Assembly: GCA_041906885.1 (NCBI GenBank)
Contig: JAYRII010000014.1
Coordinates: 10,059-74,058 of the forward strand
Origin: Candidatus Saccharimonadia bacterium
GTDB lineage: Bacteria > Patescibacteriota > Saccharimonadia > CAILAD01 > CAZGYV01
Length of the DNA stretch: 64,000 nt
Reading direction: 5' to 3'
Each line of letters opens with the position of its first letter. Position 1 is the first letter of the stretch. The position numbers and the translations under genes were made by a program. The notes below the pieces were generated by a model. That model made no database searches, had not been told where the DNA came from, and worked only from the letters and a program-made list of their open reading frames with translations. Below, piece after piece: positions 1-9,585 of the stretch.

Positions 1-249
1 TGATAACACTACTCGCCATCGAGAAGGAACGATGCTTTCGTAAACATATACGTAGCCTCAAACAGCAACACATAAAAAGCCTGCCTTCCCTGACTGATAC
101 CACCCGTCCACCAGTTGGCAAGCTGGTATCTGTCAAAAACGTCAATTCAGACATCTAAACCCCCAATAAACACGCTCTGGTAGCCGGGTGTGTGCAATGC
201 ACAACCACACTGCTTCGCCGCCCGGCTACCACCCGTGCTCTATAAAAAC

Positions 250-282
250 AAAAACCGACTTTTACACTCAAAGGTCGGTTTC
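250..282. terminator. Probable intrinsic terminator hairpin downstream of trhO
   Basis: AAAACCGACTTT-loop-AAAGGTCGGTTT flanked by A and T runs. Confidence 0.6.
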
Positions 283-308
283 TCTTTTTAAGTAGCAGCT
301 GCCTTTAT

Positions 309-1194
309 TTACTTGGTCGAGACATTGCCGCTGACCAATTGACTCTCCGGACAGCACCCCTTATATCTCTTCACACAATCCTTACAGCATATAAATAGTC
401 TATGGCACTCCGGCCGTGCACAATCAATATAATCATCGCAAGCTTTGTTGCAGTGCTCGCAGACTGCTAAGATTTTACGCCCGCTCGGCGTATCGACATT
501 TGTCACCATCCGCTGATCAAAAACAAAATTTTTGCCTTCAAAATAACCGTCTGGGAATTGCTCTAAGTATTTTACGATACCGCCTTCTAGCTGATAGACA
601 TTGTCAAAGCCTGCTTCAACTAATAGCGCACTGGCTTTCTCACAGCGAATCCCCCCCGGTGCAATAAGTGATCACTTTGCGACCTTTGTACCGTGCTAGG
701 CTTTTAATTTTTAGAGGTAATTCTTTAAAAACTTTGGTATCGGGCTGAACGGCATTTTGGAAACGACCAATCTGATATTCGTAATTATTGCGCATATCAA
801 CTATCACGAAATCCTCGTCGTTTTCGTATAAGTCGTGCAACTCCTGCGGGCTGATATAAATTCCGCGATTATTCAGATCGATCGGACAGCCGAGCGTCAC
901 GATTTCGTCGCGTTTTTTGACAATCAGCTTTTTAAACGGTGGGGTTTTGGCACTCGACTGCTTAAAAACAATTCCACCAAACAGCGGGTGCTTATCCATA
1001 TATTGCTTGTAAGTTTCGACCGATTCGCGCGAGCCAGCCAGGGTGCCATTAATGCCCTCATGCCCGATCAAAATGCGCCCTGTGATGTTGAGACCAGCCA
1101 AGAGCACCTTATCAACTCTGACTTCATAATCAACATCCGACACTGCGATAAATTTATAATACAGCAGCACAATCTGTTCTTTGGCGGTTTTCAT
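309..1194 (-). pseudogene. trhO: Rhodanese-domain tRNA U34 hydroxylase TrhO/YceA, split by a +1 frameshift in a G7 tract (or a sequencing error)
   Basis: ORF 640..1194 has LLYYKF, GRILIGHEGINGT, DMRNNYEYQIGRF and YCTGG. Removing one G from the C7 run at 651-657 restores TGGIRCEKAS..VYQLEGGIVKY..FVFDQR, which runs into Cys-rich ORF 309..509. Confidence 0.9.
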
Positions 1195-1376
1195 ATCAAG
1201 TTATTTTACTAAAAACTATCACGCTACTCAAACAATCGTGAATAAAAACGGACTGTGCCCCGGTCGATCGGCCAACAGGCTAATCAATCGGGGCACTTTG
1301 ATCCTTTCCAATTTATTTTTATTTCCTTTTTGGTGTTAAGGATTATTAGGAAAAGATCAGTGAGTCAAAGCAGAGA

Positions 1377-1628
1377 TCAGGCTGCCGGGAAGAAGATCAA
1401 AACATAAGGCGAATCGATGCCTGCACGCTTGTAGACCTTGAAAAAGAGCCTATCGCCATCGCGACCTTCAGTGTGGCCACCGACGAAGCCCTCTTCGGCG
1501 ATGACCTTCAGCTTGACGTTAGTAGCGTCGGCAGGACTGTCAACCTCGATACGGCCCGCACAAAGTTCATTCGGGGCTACCCTTTCTGCATGCTCTTCGG
1601 TAACTCGTGAATGCATGACCACTAGCAT
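1377..1628 (-). CDS. Small hypothetical protein
   Basis: 83 aa ORF with GGAGGT RBS upstream and a GC-rich hairpin downstream (1255-1297). Confidence 0.55.
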   Translation of the reverse strand: MLVVMHSRVTEEHAERVAPNELCAGRIEVDSPADATNVKLKVIAEEGFVGGHTEGRDGDRLFFKVYKRAGIDSPYVLIFFPAA

Positions 1629-1736
1629 CGAAGCACCTCCGTACTTCAGCTGCCTACAACTCCACTTTTTATGCTACGCCCAAAATTTATTATTGCAAGT
1701 ACTTAAGAGTATGTTTTTTTGTTAAAATTAAACTTA

Positions 1737-2564
1737 ATGAAACGTCTAGCCAAAGAACAGCTTCTACCTATCTTGCTAACGACCATTGTTTGTGCGGCAT
1801 TGATCGGTCTTTTGTGGCTAGAAATAACTATCCTCAATCACTTAACCGGAGCGAATATCGGCTTGAATGTTTATCTTGCCGATGTCCTGGTCGGAATGAC
1901 AATCTACCTCAAAACTTCGATTGACTTTGCTATCTATATCGGCCGGCTAATGAGCAAAAACCATAGCCTATCCGGCCGCGTCGCGATCGAGCTCGGCACC
2001 GCCATCGGCAACGCTGCCGGCACCATGATCATTTTAGCGCTTTGGGTGTTTTTCAAAGATATTAAAATCCTGCTCATACTTATGATTATTATAGCTGCTT
2101 TGGTCTTACTCAGACTAGCTGAAGAAAGCCTGGAAGATCACGTCACAAACACCAAGAGCAATACTTTGACAACTCGACTGGGCAAAACTATTGAACGAAC
2201 CTTGAAGCCCATCAACCGTCTTACTGTCCAATTCTTAAAAATTATTATGCCACAAACCAAAAGCCAGCCGCGTGGTAAGATGGCCTTCTGGCCACTGCTT
2301 GTATTGGCAACCAGCGTGCCTTTTATCCTAGGCTTAGATGATTTCGCTGGCTACGTGCCGCTTTTTAATATTGTCCATATCTTTGGCTTTGCAATTGGTG
2401 TACTCACCGGCCATATGTTGCTAAATATATTCTTATACCTGTCGCCTTCTCACACAATCGCAATCGTCAAGAACCGTACATTTTCCTTACTCGGCAGCAT
2501 TGCTTTTATCGGGCTGGCGCTATGGGGTCTATTTGAAGCCGTCATGCTTTTATTTAGTCATTAA
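1737..2564 (+). CDS. Multi-TM membrane protein, CadD/LysE-superfamily-like transporter
   Basis: 7-8 hydrophobic segments; KTSIDFA and GLDDFAGYVPLF resemble CadD motifs; ATG at 1737. Confidence 0.6.
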   Translation: MKRLAKEQLLPILLTTIVCAALIGLLWLEITILNHLTGANIGLNVYLADVLVGMTIYLKTSIDFAIYIGRLMSKNHSLSGRVAIELGTAIGNAAGTMIILALWVFFKDIKILLILMIIIAALVLLRLAEESLEDHVTNTKSNTLTTRLGKTIERTLKPINRLTVQFLKIIMPQTKSQPRGKMAFWPLLVLATSVPFILGLDDFAGYVPLFNIVHIFGFAIGVLTGHMLLNIFLYLSPSHTIAIVKNRTFSLLGSIAFIGLALWGLFEAVMLLFSH

Positions 2565-2875
2565 GATTTTTTGCGGACAGATTTTTTTCTTGCCTTGACA
2601 GACTTACCGCGCCATTGTAATTTCGGCCGCTCGCCACGACTATAGCTGATCATGACCAAGATGAGTGTCATCACCAGTACAAAGGGCACAATCCCATATA
2701 GAGTGTCGCTGACCGAGCCCGAATGGCTGTCGACATTGACCACAAAAGCGATCACGATCGTCAGCCAAACTGCTAAAATCAACCAGCCTTGCCAAGTAGC
2801 TGGTGCCCAACCCCAGCCATAACGCTTACTTTTAAACCATATTTTGCGGCCGATCTCATGAGGCTTTGTCGCCAT
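2561..2875 (-). CDS. Small 2-TM membrane protein (WFK.KRYGWGW.P.TWQGW type)
   Basis: Trp/Gly-rich motif followed by two TM helices. Confidence 0.75.
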   Translation of the reverse strand: MATKPHEIGRKIWFKSKRYGWGWAPATWQGWLILAVWLTIVIAFVVNVDSHSGSVSDTLYGIVPFVLVMTLILVMISYSRGERPKLQWRGKSVKARKKSVRKKS

Positions 2876-3009
2876 ATTTACACCCTCTAAGCTTATGCTT
2901 TAATTGTAGCGATTATCGACCAAATTATCTACATTATATTTACTTGTGCTTGTGTTTTTATTTATTTTATGTCATCATCACTAATCTGCCTCAACCCAAA
3001 GGAGCAAAA

Positions 3010-3216
3010 GTGGCAGTAATAGAAAAAGACTACCTTACGTCAGGCGAGGCAGCCAAGCTCTTGCGTTGTAGTCGCAGGACAGTCTGTAGGTTAGCAAAAA
3101 ATGGTCGTCTGCCCCACACCATGACACTCGGTGGACACTTCCGCTTCAGCAAAGCGGATATTTTGGAAGTATTGGAAAACCAAACCTCAGCCACCGAAGA
3201 GAACGAGAATTGGTAG
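3010..3216 (+). CDS. Excisionase-like/MerR-type HTH_17 DNA-binding protein
   Basis: YLTSGEAAKLLRCSRRTVCRLAKNGRLP..TLGGHFRF; GTG at 3010 after AAAGGAG RBS. Confidence 0.85.
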   Translation: MAVIEKDYLTSGEAAKLLRCSRRTVCRLAKNGRLPHTMTLGGHFRFSKADILEVLENQTSATEENENW

Positions 3217-3225
3217 AAACACAAA

Positions 3226-3798
3226 ATGCAGTATCCGATTCTCATCGTCACCGGTCAGTCCGGATCGGGCAAAAATACGATCATGGACAGACTACTCATA
3301 CGTCATACGACCAAATTGGGCGAGCCAGTCTCGGCTACCACCCGTCGGCCCCGGGCGAGTGAAGTGCAGGGAAAGGACTACTACTTTCTCTCTTCGGAAG
3401 CTTTCTGCCGTTGGCAGCGGATGGAACGATTCGTCGAAACGACTGAGTCGGGCGGCCGCCGCTACGGCATACCCGTAAGTGAGTTTGAGCGTATCGAGTC
3501 GGCGGGCAAGCAGGCCATTGTCTGCTGTGACACCGGGAGTATCGAGAAGTTTATCACGCTTGGTTTTAAAATCAAGGCCGTTTTCCTCGAGGTCCACATT
3601 CGACAGCTATCCGAGCGCATCTGCGGCCGTGATAGCCAGATTCCGGAGCTTGAGCTCAACCATCGACTAGTGCGAGCCGGTCAGGAAAAAGCTTGGGCAG
3701 AAGCTAGAAGAGACCAGCTACCGCTCAAGATCATCGACAACAGCCGCCATCTCAATAAGGCTGTTAGAAAAGTCGAGAAGTTTTTCGGACTAGCTTAG
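3226..3798 (+). CDS. gmk: Guanylate kinase-like protein
   Basis: P-loop GQSGSGKNT, SATTRRPRASEVQGKDYYF, YG motif. Confidence 0.8.
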   Translation: MQYPILIVTGQSGSGKNTIMDRLLIRHTTKLGEPVSATTRRPRASEVQGKDYYFLSSEAFCRWQRMERFVETTESGGRRYGIPVSEFERIESAGKQAIVCCDTGSIEKFITLGFKIKAVFLEVHIRQLSERICGRDSQIPELELNHRLVRAGQEKAWAEARRDQLPLKIIDNSRHLNKAVRKVEKFFGLA

Positions 3799-3830
3799 GT
3801 AAAAATCATCGAACTATCGCGAGGGCAAGC

Positions 3831-3871
3831 AGAGCTCCAGCCTACCGGCTAAGACTGGTGGGTTGGAGCTC
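3831..3871. terminator. Hairpin between convergent gmk and dus
   Basis: GAGCTCCAGCCTACC...GGTGGGTTGGAGCTC inverted repeat. Confidence 0.55.
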
Positions 3872-3880
3872 CAACCATAT

Positions 3881-4846
3881 TTATGAGCGTTCAAGATACT
3901 TATTCACCAAGTCGCGCGCCTCATCATAGTCGCGTGTCTCCATCAAAGTAGCCCGTAATTTGGCAGCACCATCAAAGCCGTGAGCATAAATCTTAAAAAA
4001 TTTCTTGAGCGGCTCAAAGCGTTTGAGTCCGCTCCACTCACGCTCGTGCAGGTCCAAATGCTTCAAGAGTAGCCTCAGCCGATCACCTTGACTATGTTTG
4101 AATCCAGACTGATCGAAGACAAAAATGTCATAGAAGATACCGCGCCCAATCATAATGCCACTGGCACCAGAAGTGGCGGCCAACTGTTCACCTTGTGGGC
4201 GAGATAGAACGTCACCGTTGCCAATGATAATCGTGTCTGGCGCAATAGCATCACGCAATTTGACGACTTTTGCGATCTCATCCCAATGGGCCGGCACTTT
4301 ACTCATTTCTTTAGTCGTACGACCATGAATAATCAGCGCGTCCAAGCCAAGACGCAATAAAAACCCAGCCCACTCTTCAGTAATAATCCTATCAAAGCCA
4401 ACCCGAGTTTTGACACTGACTGGCAAATTGCCGGCCGCCTCCCTAGTAGCAGCAATTATCTCAGCCGCTTTCTCAGGCTGACGAATCAAAGCTGAGCAGC
4501 ATCCATTGCGCACGATATTTTTTTCCGGGCAACCCATATTGATATCGACACCACTGAAGCCTAACTCCCGCACCTTAGCAGTAAGCTGACTGTAGTAAGC
4601 TGGCTCGTGGCCCCAAATCTGGGCAATCAACGGCTGCTCCCCCTCGGTAAAACGCAGCTTGGGTTCGACCACTTCAAAGCCGCCGCGCACGAAAGCATCG
4701 GCACTGGTAAATTCAGTGAAATAGACGTCGGGACGTCCTGCCATATTGACGATCTGCCGAAAGACCGTATCGGTCACATCATCTAGTGGTGCTAGTGCAA
4801 AAAACGGCTTGTCCGCAGCTGATAATTTTTGCCATATGTTCTTCAT
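3881..4846 (-). CDS. dus: tRNA-dihydrouridine synthase
   Basis: LAPLDDVTD, DINMGCP, SVKTRVG, IHGRT, GNGDV, MIGRG motifs. Confidence 0.95.
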   Translation of the reverse strand: MKNIWQKLSAADKPFFALAPLDDVTDTVFRQIVNMAGRPDVYFTEFTSADAFVRGGFEVVEPKLRFTEGEQPLIAQIWGHEPAYYSQLTAKVRELGFSGVDINMGCPEKNIVRNGCCSALIRQPEKAAEIIAATREAAGNLPVSVKTRVGFDRIITEEWAGFLLRLGLDALIIHGRTTKEMSKVPAHWDEIAKVVKLRDAIAPDTIIIGNGDVLSRPQGEQLAATSGASGIMIGRGIFYDIFVFDQSGFKHSQGDRLRLLLKHLDLHEREWSGLKRFEPLKKFFKIYAHGFDGAAKLRATLMETRDYDEARDLVNKYLERS

Positions 4847-4977
4847 AAGTCAGAAATTATAGCTTATTTTGAGCTATAATTCTAGATTTCATAAGTCAGA
4901 CCCCCCAAGCAAAAATAGTCAGATCTGTAATGGCCTTGTTGGCTTGTTTTTGTCGTATAATGTAAGGCGGAAAGCAT

Positions 4978-6417
4978 ATGAAAGAAAAAGATTTAAAAGA
5001 AATCCCCGACCCAGATTTCGTCTATGATCCAATCAAGGATAAATCGCCAACAACCTCCGAAAATCCTGTGCCAAATAAGCCCCCAATTTTTACAGCACCG
5101 AGTGTTGTGCCAAAGGATAAGCCTGAAAAAAAGCGGCGTTGGCTTAAAATTACACTACTTACTGCAATAGCTATTATTGCTCTGTCTGCCTATCTGTTAA
5201 CACACGTTACTAAGATAAGCTCTAATCCTTTTGCTATTGGCAAGCTCAAAGGTGAGGCTGATGGGCGGATCAACATTATGCTACTTGGTATCGGCGATCC
5301 AGGCCACGATGGCGAGACTCTAGCTGACACCAATATGGTAGTCAGTATCAATACCAAGACAAATGAAGCCGCCATGATCAGTATACCGAGAGATACCAGA
5401 GTTAAAATACCTGGCTATGGTTACAATAAAATCAATCAAGCCCACGCTGATGGTTTTTCTAATAATAAAGATCAAGGCGGTATAGATCTAGCCAAACAAA
5501 CTATCGAAAGCACACTGGAAATACCGATTCACTATTATGTCAGGGCTAATTTTACTGGCTTAAAGCAGATGGTCGATGCAGTCGGTGGAATCGATATAAA
5601 TGTCACAGAAGCACTCTATGACCCGGAATTTCCTTGTGATAAAAACCAATACAAAAGTTGCGGCTTTAAAATAAAAGCTGGAACTCAGCACATGGATGGT
5701 GCGACAGCCCTTAAATATGCTCGTTGCCGCAAGGGCAACTGTGGCGATGATTTCGGAAGAGCCTTACGGCAACAAGAAGTCCTAACAGCAGTACGGTCCA
5801 AGGCTATCAGTGCTCAAACTTTAATCAATCCAGCTAAGCTCAACTCCCTGATGAACGCAGCCAGCAGCAATATCAAAACCGACCTGTCGGTCAACAACAT
5901 CAGTCGCCTAATTGATTTGAGCAAAAAAATCGACCAATCTAAGACCATCAATGTAGTTTTTTCTACCAAGCCAAACGGATTTCTGAAGCAATCAAATAGC
6001 AGCTCTGACTTGGTCCCGGTCGATGGAACATTCTCTGCTATCGCCGAATTTGTGAAAAATGTCTTTACCGTCGGGCCGATTTGGGCCGAAGAGCCGACTG
6101 TGGTAATCGAAAATGGTACTGCCGTAAGCGGTATAGGCAATAAGTTTAGCAAGCAGCTAATGGCCTCGAGTCCATATATTGTGATCGTCAACGTCACTAA
6201 CGCCCTCAAACGCGACTACACCGTTAGCAAGATCATTGATCACAGTGGTGGCAAGAAGCCGCGCACGGCAGCCTACCTAGAGGGTCTATTGCACATCAAG
6301 CCAGTCGCCCCCGAAACAACTGTAAATGTCCCGCCAGCTGACTTCGAGATCATCCTCGGCACTGACTACTCAAGTCAGCTCGCTTCACCCAGCCCCCACC
6401 AGACTAGAGACAATTAG
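4978..6417 (+). CDS. LCP (LytR-CpsA-Psr) family protein with LytR_C domain
   Basis: N-terminal TM, NIMLLG, DTNMV, SIPRDT, KINQAH, DFGRALRQQ; C-terminal ENGT..ILGTDY. Confidence 0.93.
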   Translation: MKEKDLKEIPDPDFVYDPIKDKSPTTSENPVPNKPPIFTAPSVVPKDKPEKKRRWLKITLLTAIAIIALSAYLLTHVTKISSNPFAIGKLKGEADGRINIMLLGIGDPGHDGETLADTNMVVSINTKTNEAAMISIPRDTRVKIPGYGYNKINQAHADGFSNNKDQGGIDLAKQTIESTLEIPIHYYVRANFTGLKQMVDAVGGIDINVTEALYDPEFPCDKNQYKSCGFKIKAGTQHMDGATALKYARCRKGNCGDDFGRALRQQEVLTAVRSKAISAQTLINPAKLNSLMNAASSNIKTDLSVNNISRLIDLSKKIDQSKTINVVFSTKPNGFLKQSNSSSDLVPVDGTFSAIAEFVKNVFTVGPIWAEEPTVVIENGTAVSGIGNKFSKQLMASSPYIVIVNVTNALKRDYTVSKIIDHSGGKKPRTAAYLEGLLHIKPVAPETTVNVPPADFEIILGTDYSSQLASPSPHQTRDN

Positions 6418-6418
6418 A

Positions 6419-6643
6419 CTACCTGATCCTACCCCAGCCGATCTGGCTCCAAATACGCTCGTGGATAAAATACAGAACGGTGTTAATGGCATTTGATATT
6501 AGCGAAAAACCAGCCGCAAAGTCAGCCCGTCCAGTCATCATGAAGGCTATTAAAAAAACCGATATAATTATCAGTACCCGATAAGTGATTGTTTTGATAA
6601 ATGAACGTTCGACTCTATCGTGACTATTATTGATTTTTTTCAT
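6419..6643 (-). CDS. DUF2061 small membrane protein
   Basis: RSFIKTITYR...YFIHERIW..I.WG. Confidence 0.85.
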   Translation of the reverse strand: MKKINNSHDRVERSFIKTITYRVLIIISVFLIAFMMTGRADFAAGFSLISNAINTVLYFIHERIWSQIGWGRIR

Positions 6644-6649
6644 TACTAT

Positions 6650-7363
6650 TTAAAGCTCACCCTTAAGATAAGCTTGGCGTTTTTTTTCGGGTAATTTTTC
6701 GATCGCATAGCGTAGAGTTGTGCGTGGCATAGCTTTATAGCGACCGTCGCTAAGTAAAAAATCTTCGAGTATTTGCTGATCACACCTTTTGCCGACCTCG
6801 CGCAGCATCCAGCCAACGGCCTTTTGAATCAAATCATGCTCATCATCCAACAGCAGTTCGGCCAATTTAAGTGTCCACTCCGGATTGCCCTGCCTAATAA
6901 AATAAAAGGTGGCAATCATGGCAATACGTCGCTCCCAAACACTCGAAGACCGAGCTAGTACGATTAAGACATCTTTATCCCTATCGCTTAAAAAATGGCC
7001 GACGACATGCGACGCCGATGAGTCAACGATATCCCAATTATTTATATAATCAGTCTGGGCTAAGTAAAAATTATAGATCTCTTCCTGGTGATATTCATCA
7101 GACCTATTGTACTGCTTGACTAATATGAAGACTGCCAAGAGTCGCTCTTCATGCGTCTTGCTTTTTAATAGCTTCTCAATATCTGCTAGGCTTAAACCAC
7201 GATGATTGTTGGCTATTTTGCGCAACTCTGGTACGGTTACGCCGATAAACTCATCGCCCTCACCGTACTCACCTGGTCCAGTCTTAAAAAACCAAGATGA
7301 TGCTTCGGCTCTTTTTGGATCAGCCTTTGCCTTTAATTCCCTCTTAAGAGCAGTGATCGACAT
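6650..7363 (-). CDS. DNA alkylation repair enzyme (AlkD-like)
   Basis: FFKTGPGEYGEGD, NNWDIVD, WERRIA, DLIQKAVGWMLRE, RTTLRYAIEK. Confidence 0.92.
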   Translation of the reverse strand: MSITALKRELKAKADPKRAEASSWFFKTGPGEYGEGDEFIGVTVPELRKIANNHRGLSLADIEKLLKSKTHEERLLAVFILVKQYNRSDEYHQEEIYNFYLAQTDYINNWDIVDSSASHVVGHFLSDRDKDVLIVLARSSSVWERRIAMIATFYFIRQGNPEWTLKLAELLLDDEHDLIQKAVGWMLREVGKRCDQQILEDFLLSDGRYKAMPRTTLRYAIEKLPEKKRQAYLKGEL

Positions 7364-7455
7364 ATAATGATTTTACCATAGGGTAAGCTGATATTCAGAC
7401 TACTTCAAGATTGACAATCAGTCAGCCCAAGAAGTGTCAATGATATAATTAAACA

Positions 7456-8274
7456 ATGAACCAGTTTGTATTGATGGTGAGACCAGCCATTGTAGCCTTC
7501 AAACGTCTACTAATCTTAGCAGCCAATATTATTTTTGTATTATTCTTATATTTTACTATCATTCCAATCACATATCGTGATATTAGCAAATTAGTCGGCA
7601 TTATACTCACCTATGGCGTGACAGCCTACTATGTGATCCCCAAGATCCACCGTCTATTACAATCACTCTACACCCCACCGTTTATCTTGGGGCGTACTCG
7701 AACGCGAGATGGTATCTTGGCCGATCCAATTAATATTGGTCTAGTTGGTACTAAAGAAGAAATTACAAACTGCATGGCAAAAGCCGGTTGGCACGAAGCC
7801 GATCCGAGAATACTAAAAAATAGTCTACGTTCTGCATTGTGCGTTCTATTCAAACGGTCTTATCCAAACGCACCGGTCAGCGATCTGTATCTGTATGGAC
7901 GTAAGCAAGATCTAGTTTTTCAGCAAGCTGTGGCGGGTTCTCCACGCAAAAGACATCATGTCAGATTTTGGAAAGTCGATAAAAGCCAAGCCTCAGGCAA
8001 AATACCAGCAAATCTCTGGCTGGGTGCGGCAACCTATGATAACGATATCAGTTTTAGTTTTTTTACCGGCCAGATCACCCATACAATTGCACCCGATACG
8101 GATGCGGAACGCGATTATATTATTAGTACCTTGCGCAAGTCTAGTCTGATCAAAAAGTTGCACGAGATTAAACAGTATGTACCGGCCTATGAGCATTGGA
8201 ATGGGGATGGCCGCAAATTTTTTACCAACGGCTCGCTCAAGATAGTTGAGCTTAAATTAAGAATGACACGCTAG
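7456..8274 (+). CDS. LssY C-terminal domain protein
   Basis: DPINIGLVG, YPNAPVSDLYLYGRKQD, RHHVRFW, DAERD. Confidence 0.85.
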   Translation: MNQFVLMVRPAIVAFKRLLILAANIIFVLFLYFTIIPITYRDISKLVGIILTYGVTAYYVIPKIHRLLQSLYTPPFILGRTRTRDGILADPINIGLVGTKEEITNCMAKAGWHEADPRILKNSLRSALCVLFKRSYPNAPVSDLYLYGRKQDLVFQQAVAGSPRKRHHVRFWKVDKSQASGKIPANLWLGAATYDNDISFSFFTGQITHTIAPDTDAERDYIISTLRKSSLIKKLHEIKQYVPAYEHWNGDGRKFFTNGSLKIVELKLRMTR

Positions 8275-8371
8275 TTTTCTAGAATAAGTTGGCCTAGCGA
8301 ATTATTAGCTCAGTGCTATAATTCAGTTGTATAGTTGTATAATTGAGGCTTAATAAGAGAAAGAAAGGCCT

Positions 8372-8740
8372 ATGAATCAAGACGCTAACAACAAATCATC
8401 GGCCATCGTCATTGGACTAATCATCATCGTGGTGGGGTTGCTTCTTCTAGTCAATCTACTTAGCAAAGGATCTACGGTTGATATTATTATGGTAAAATAT
8501 TGGCCAACCCTGATTCTGCTATTCGGTGCGATTATGGCGGCCTCCAGCCCCAAGACTGGCCTGGTCACAATGCTTTTTGGTGCCTTGCTGCTGATATATC
8601 AATTAGGTTTGTTTGGCACAGCTGGTGGCAGAACCGCCATTGTAGCACTCATCATGCTTTCCGGCCTAGTGCTAATTGTGTCAGCCATCGGCCCTAAGAA
8701 AAAGACCGGTAATAGCTTGCCGCCACCTCGTGAAAAGTAG
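8372..8740 (+). CDS. LiaF/DUF5668-like 4-TM membrane protein
   Basis: GLIIIVVGLLLL..KYWPTLILLFG pattern. Confidence 0.65.
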   Translation: MNQDANNKSSAIVIGLIIIVVGLLLLVNLLSKGSTVDIIMVKYWPTLILLFGAIMAASSPKTGLVTMLFGALLLIYQLGLFGTAGGRTAIVALIMLSGLVLIVSAIGPKKKTGNSLPPPREK

Positions 8741-8767
8741 TTAAAATCTAATAATAAAGGAATTGAG

Positions 8768-9097
8768 TTGGAAAAACTAACGCCCGAACAACTAGCAGAG
8801 ATAAACGCCTACCGCAAAGTAGTAGTCGTTGGAGTTCTGTTTGTCATCTTAGGAATAGTCTTTTATCACTTAGTAGAAAAATTATCTTGGCTAAATAGTG
8901 CATATTTCACTGTCATCACACTCTCAACCGTTGGCTACGGCGACATTGTACCGCACACGCCAGCCGGAAAAGTCTTCACTATATTCTACGTTTTTGTCGG
9001 AATCACAATATTTGTTGCGATCGCTCGCATTATCGTCCAGTACGCAGCCTTGAGGCGTTATCGCCACGAACAAGAATCAAAACATCAAAATAAATAG
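8768..9097 (+). CDS. Small 2-TM potassium channel (Ion_trans_2)
   Basis: AYFTVITLSTVGYGDIVP selectivity filter. Confidence 0.92.
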   Translation: MEKLTPEQLAEINAYRKVVVVGVLFVILGIVFYHLVEKLSWLNSAYFTVITLSTVGYGDIVPHTPAGKVFTIFYVFVGITIFVAIARIIVQYAALRRYRHEQESKHQNK

Positions 9098-9101
9098 AAG
9101 T

Positions 9102-9464
9102 TTATTCTTTATGATTAAACTGGATACCGCCAGACACGCCAGCCACAACATTAAACAACCAGCCGTATATGACTCCGATTAGCCAGCCGACAGCAAAATA
9201 AATTATCGGCAAGAGAATAACTGTAAATAACCCAGCTGTTAGCCCGAAAAGCAGCCCCTTAATAACGCTGTCTGTCTGAGCACCAAATGCCAGACTACCT
9301 CCAAGTGCTGCAATCAGCGCAATTACTAAACCAACTAATGCCCAGGCTGTACCAACAAATACAGCCAAAGATGTTGGCTTCACACTTTTGATCGTTAAAC
9401 CTTCATGCGCCACAACAATCACCTCCTCTCCAATCAATTTGATTACTAAGATTCTAATACTCAT
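9102..9464 (-). CDS. DUF3566-like membrane protein (true start probably a GTG near 9412)
   Basis: Two long TM segments, C-terminal FNVVAGVSGGIQF; GGAGG upstream of the internal GTG. Confidence 0.7.
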   Translation of the reverse strand: MSIRILVIKLIGEEVIVVAHEGLTIKSVKPTSLAVFVGTAWALVGLVIALIAALGGSLAFGAQTDSVIKGLLFGLTAGLFTVILLPIIYFAVGWLIGVIYGWLFNVVAGVSGGIQFNHKE

Positions 9465-9585
9465 ACCTATTTTTGACTGTGGTAAATATTACAAATACAA
9501 AATAGTGCGTTACGCAATATATATCTTATGCTTGACTTAATACCACCGTTGGCGTAATAGTAGGTTATTTACGAGAGAATACACG

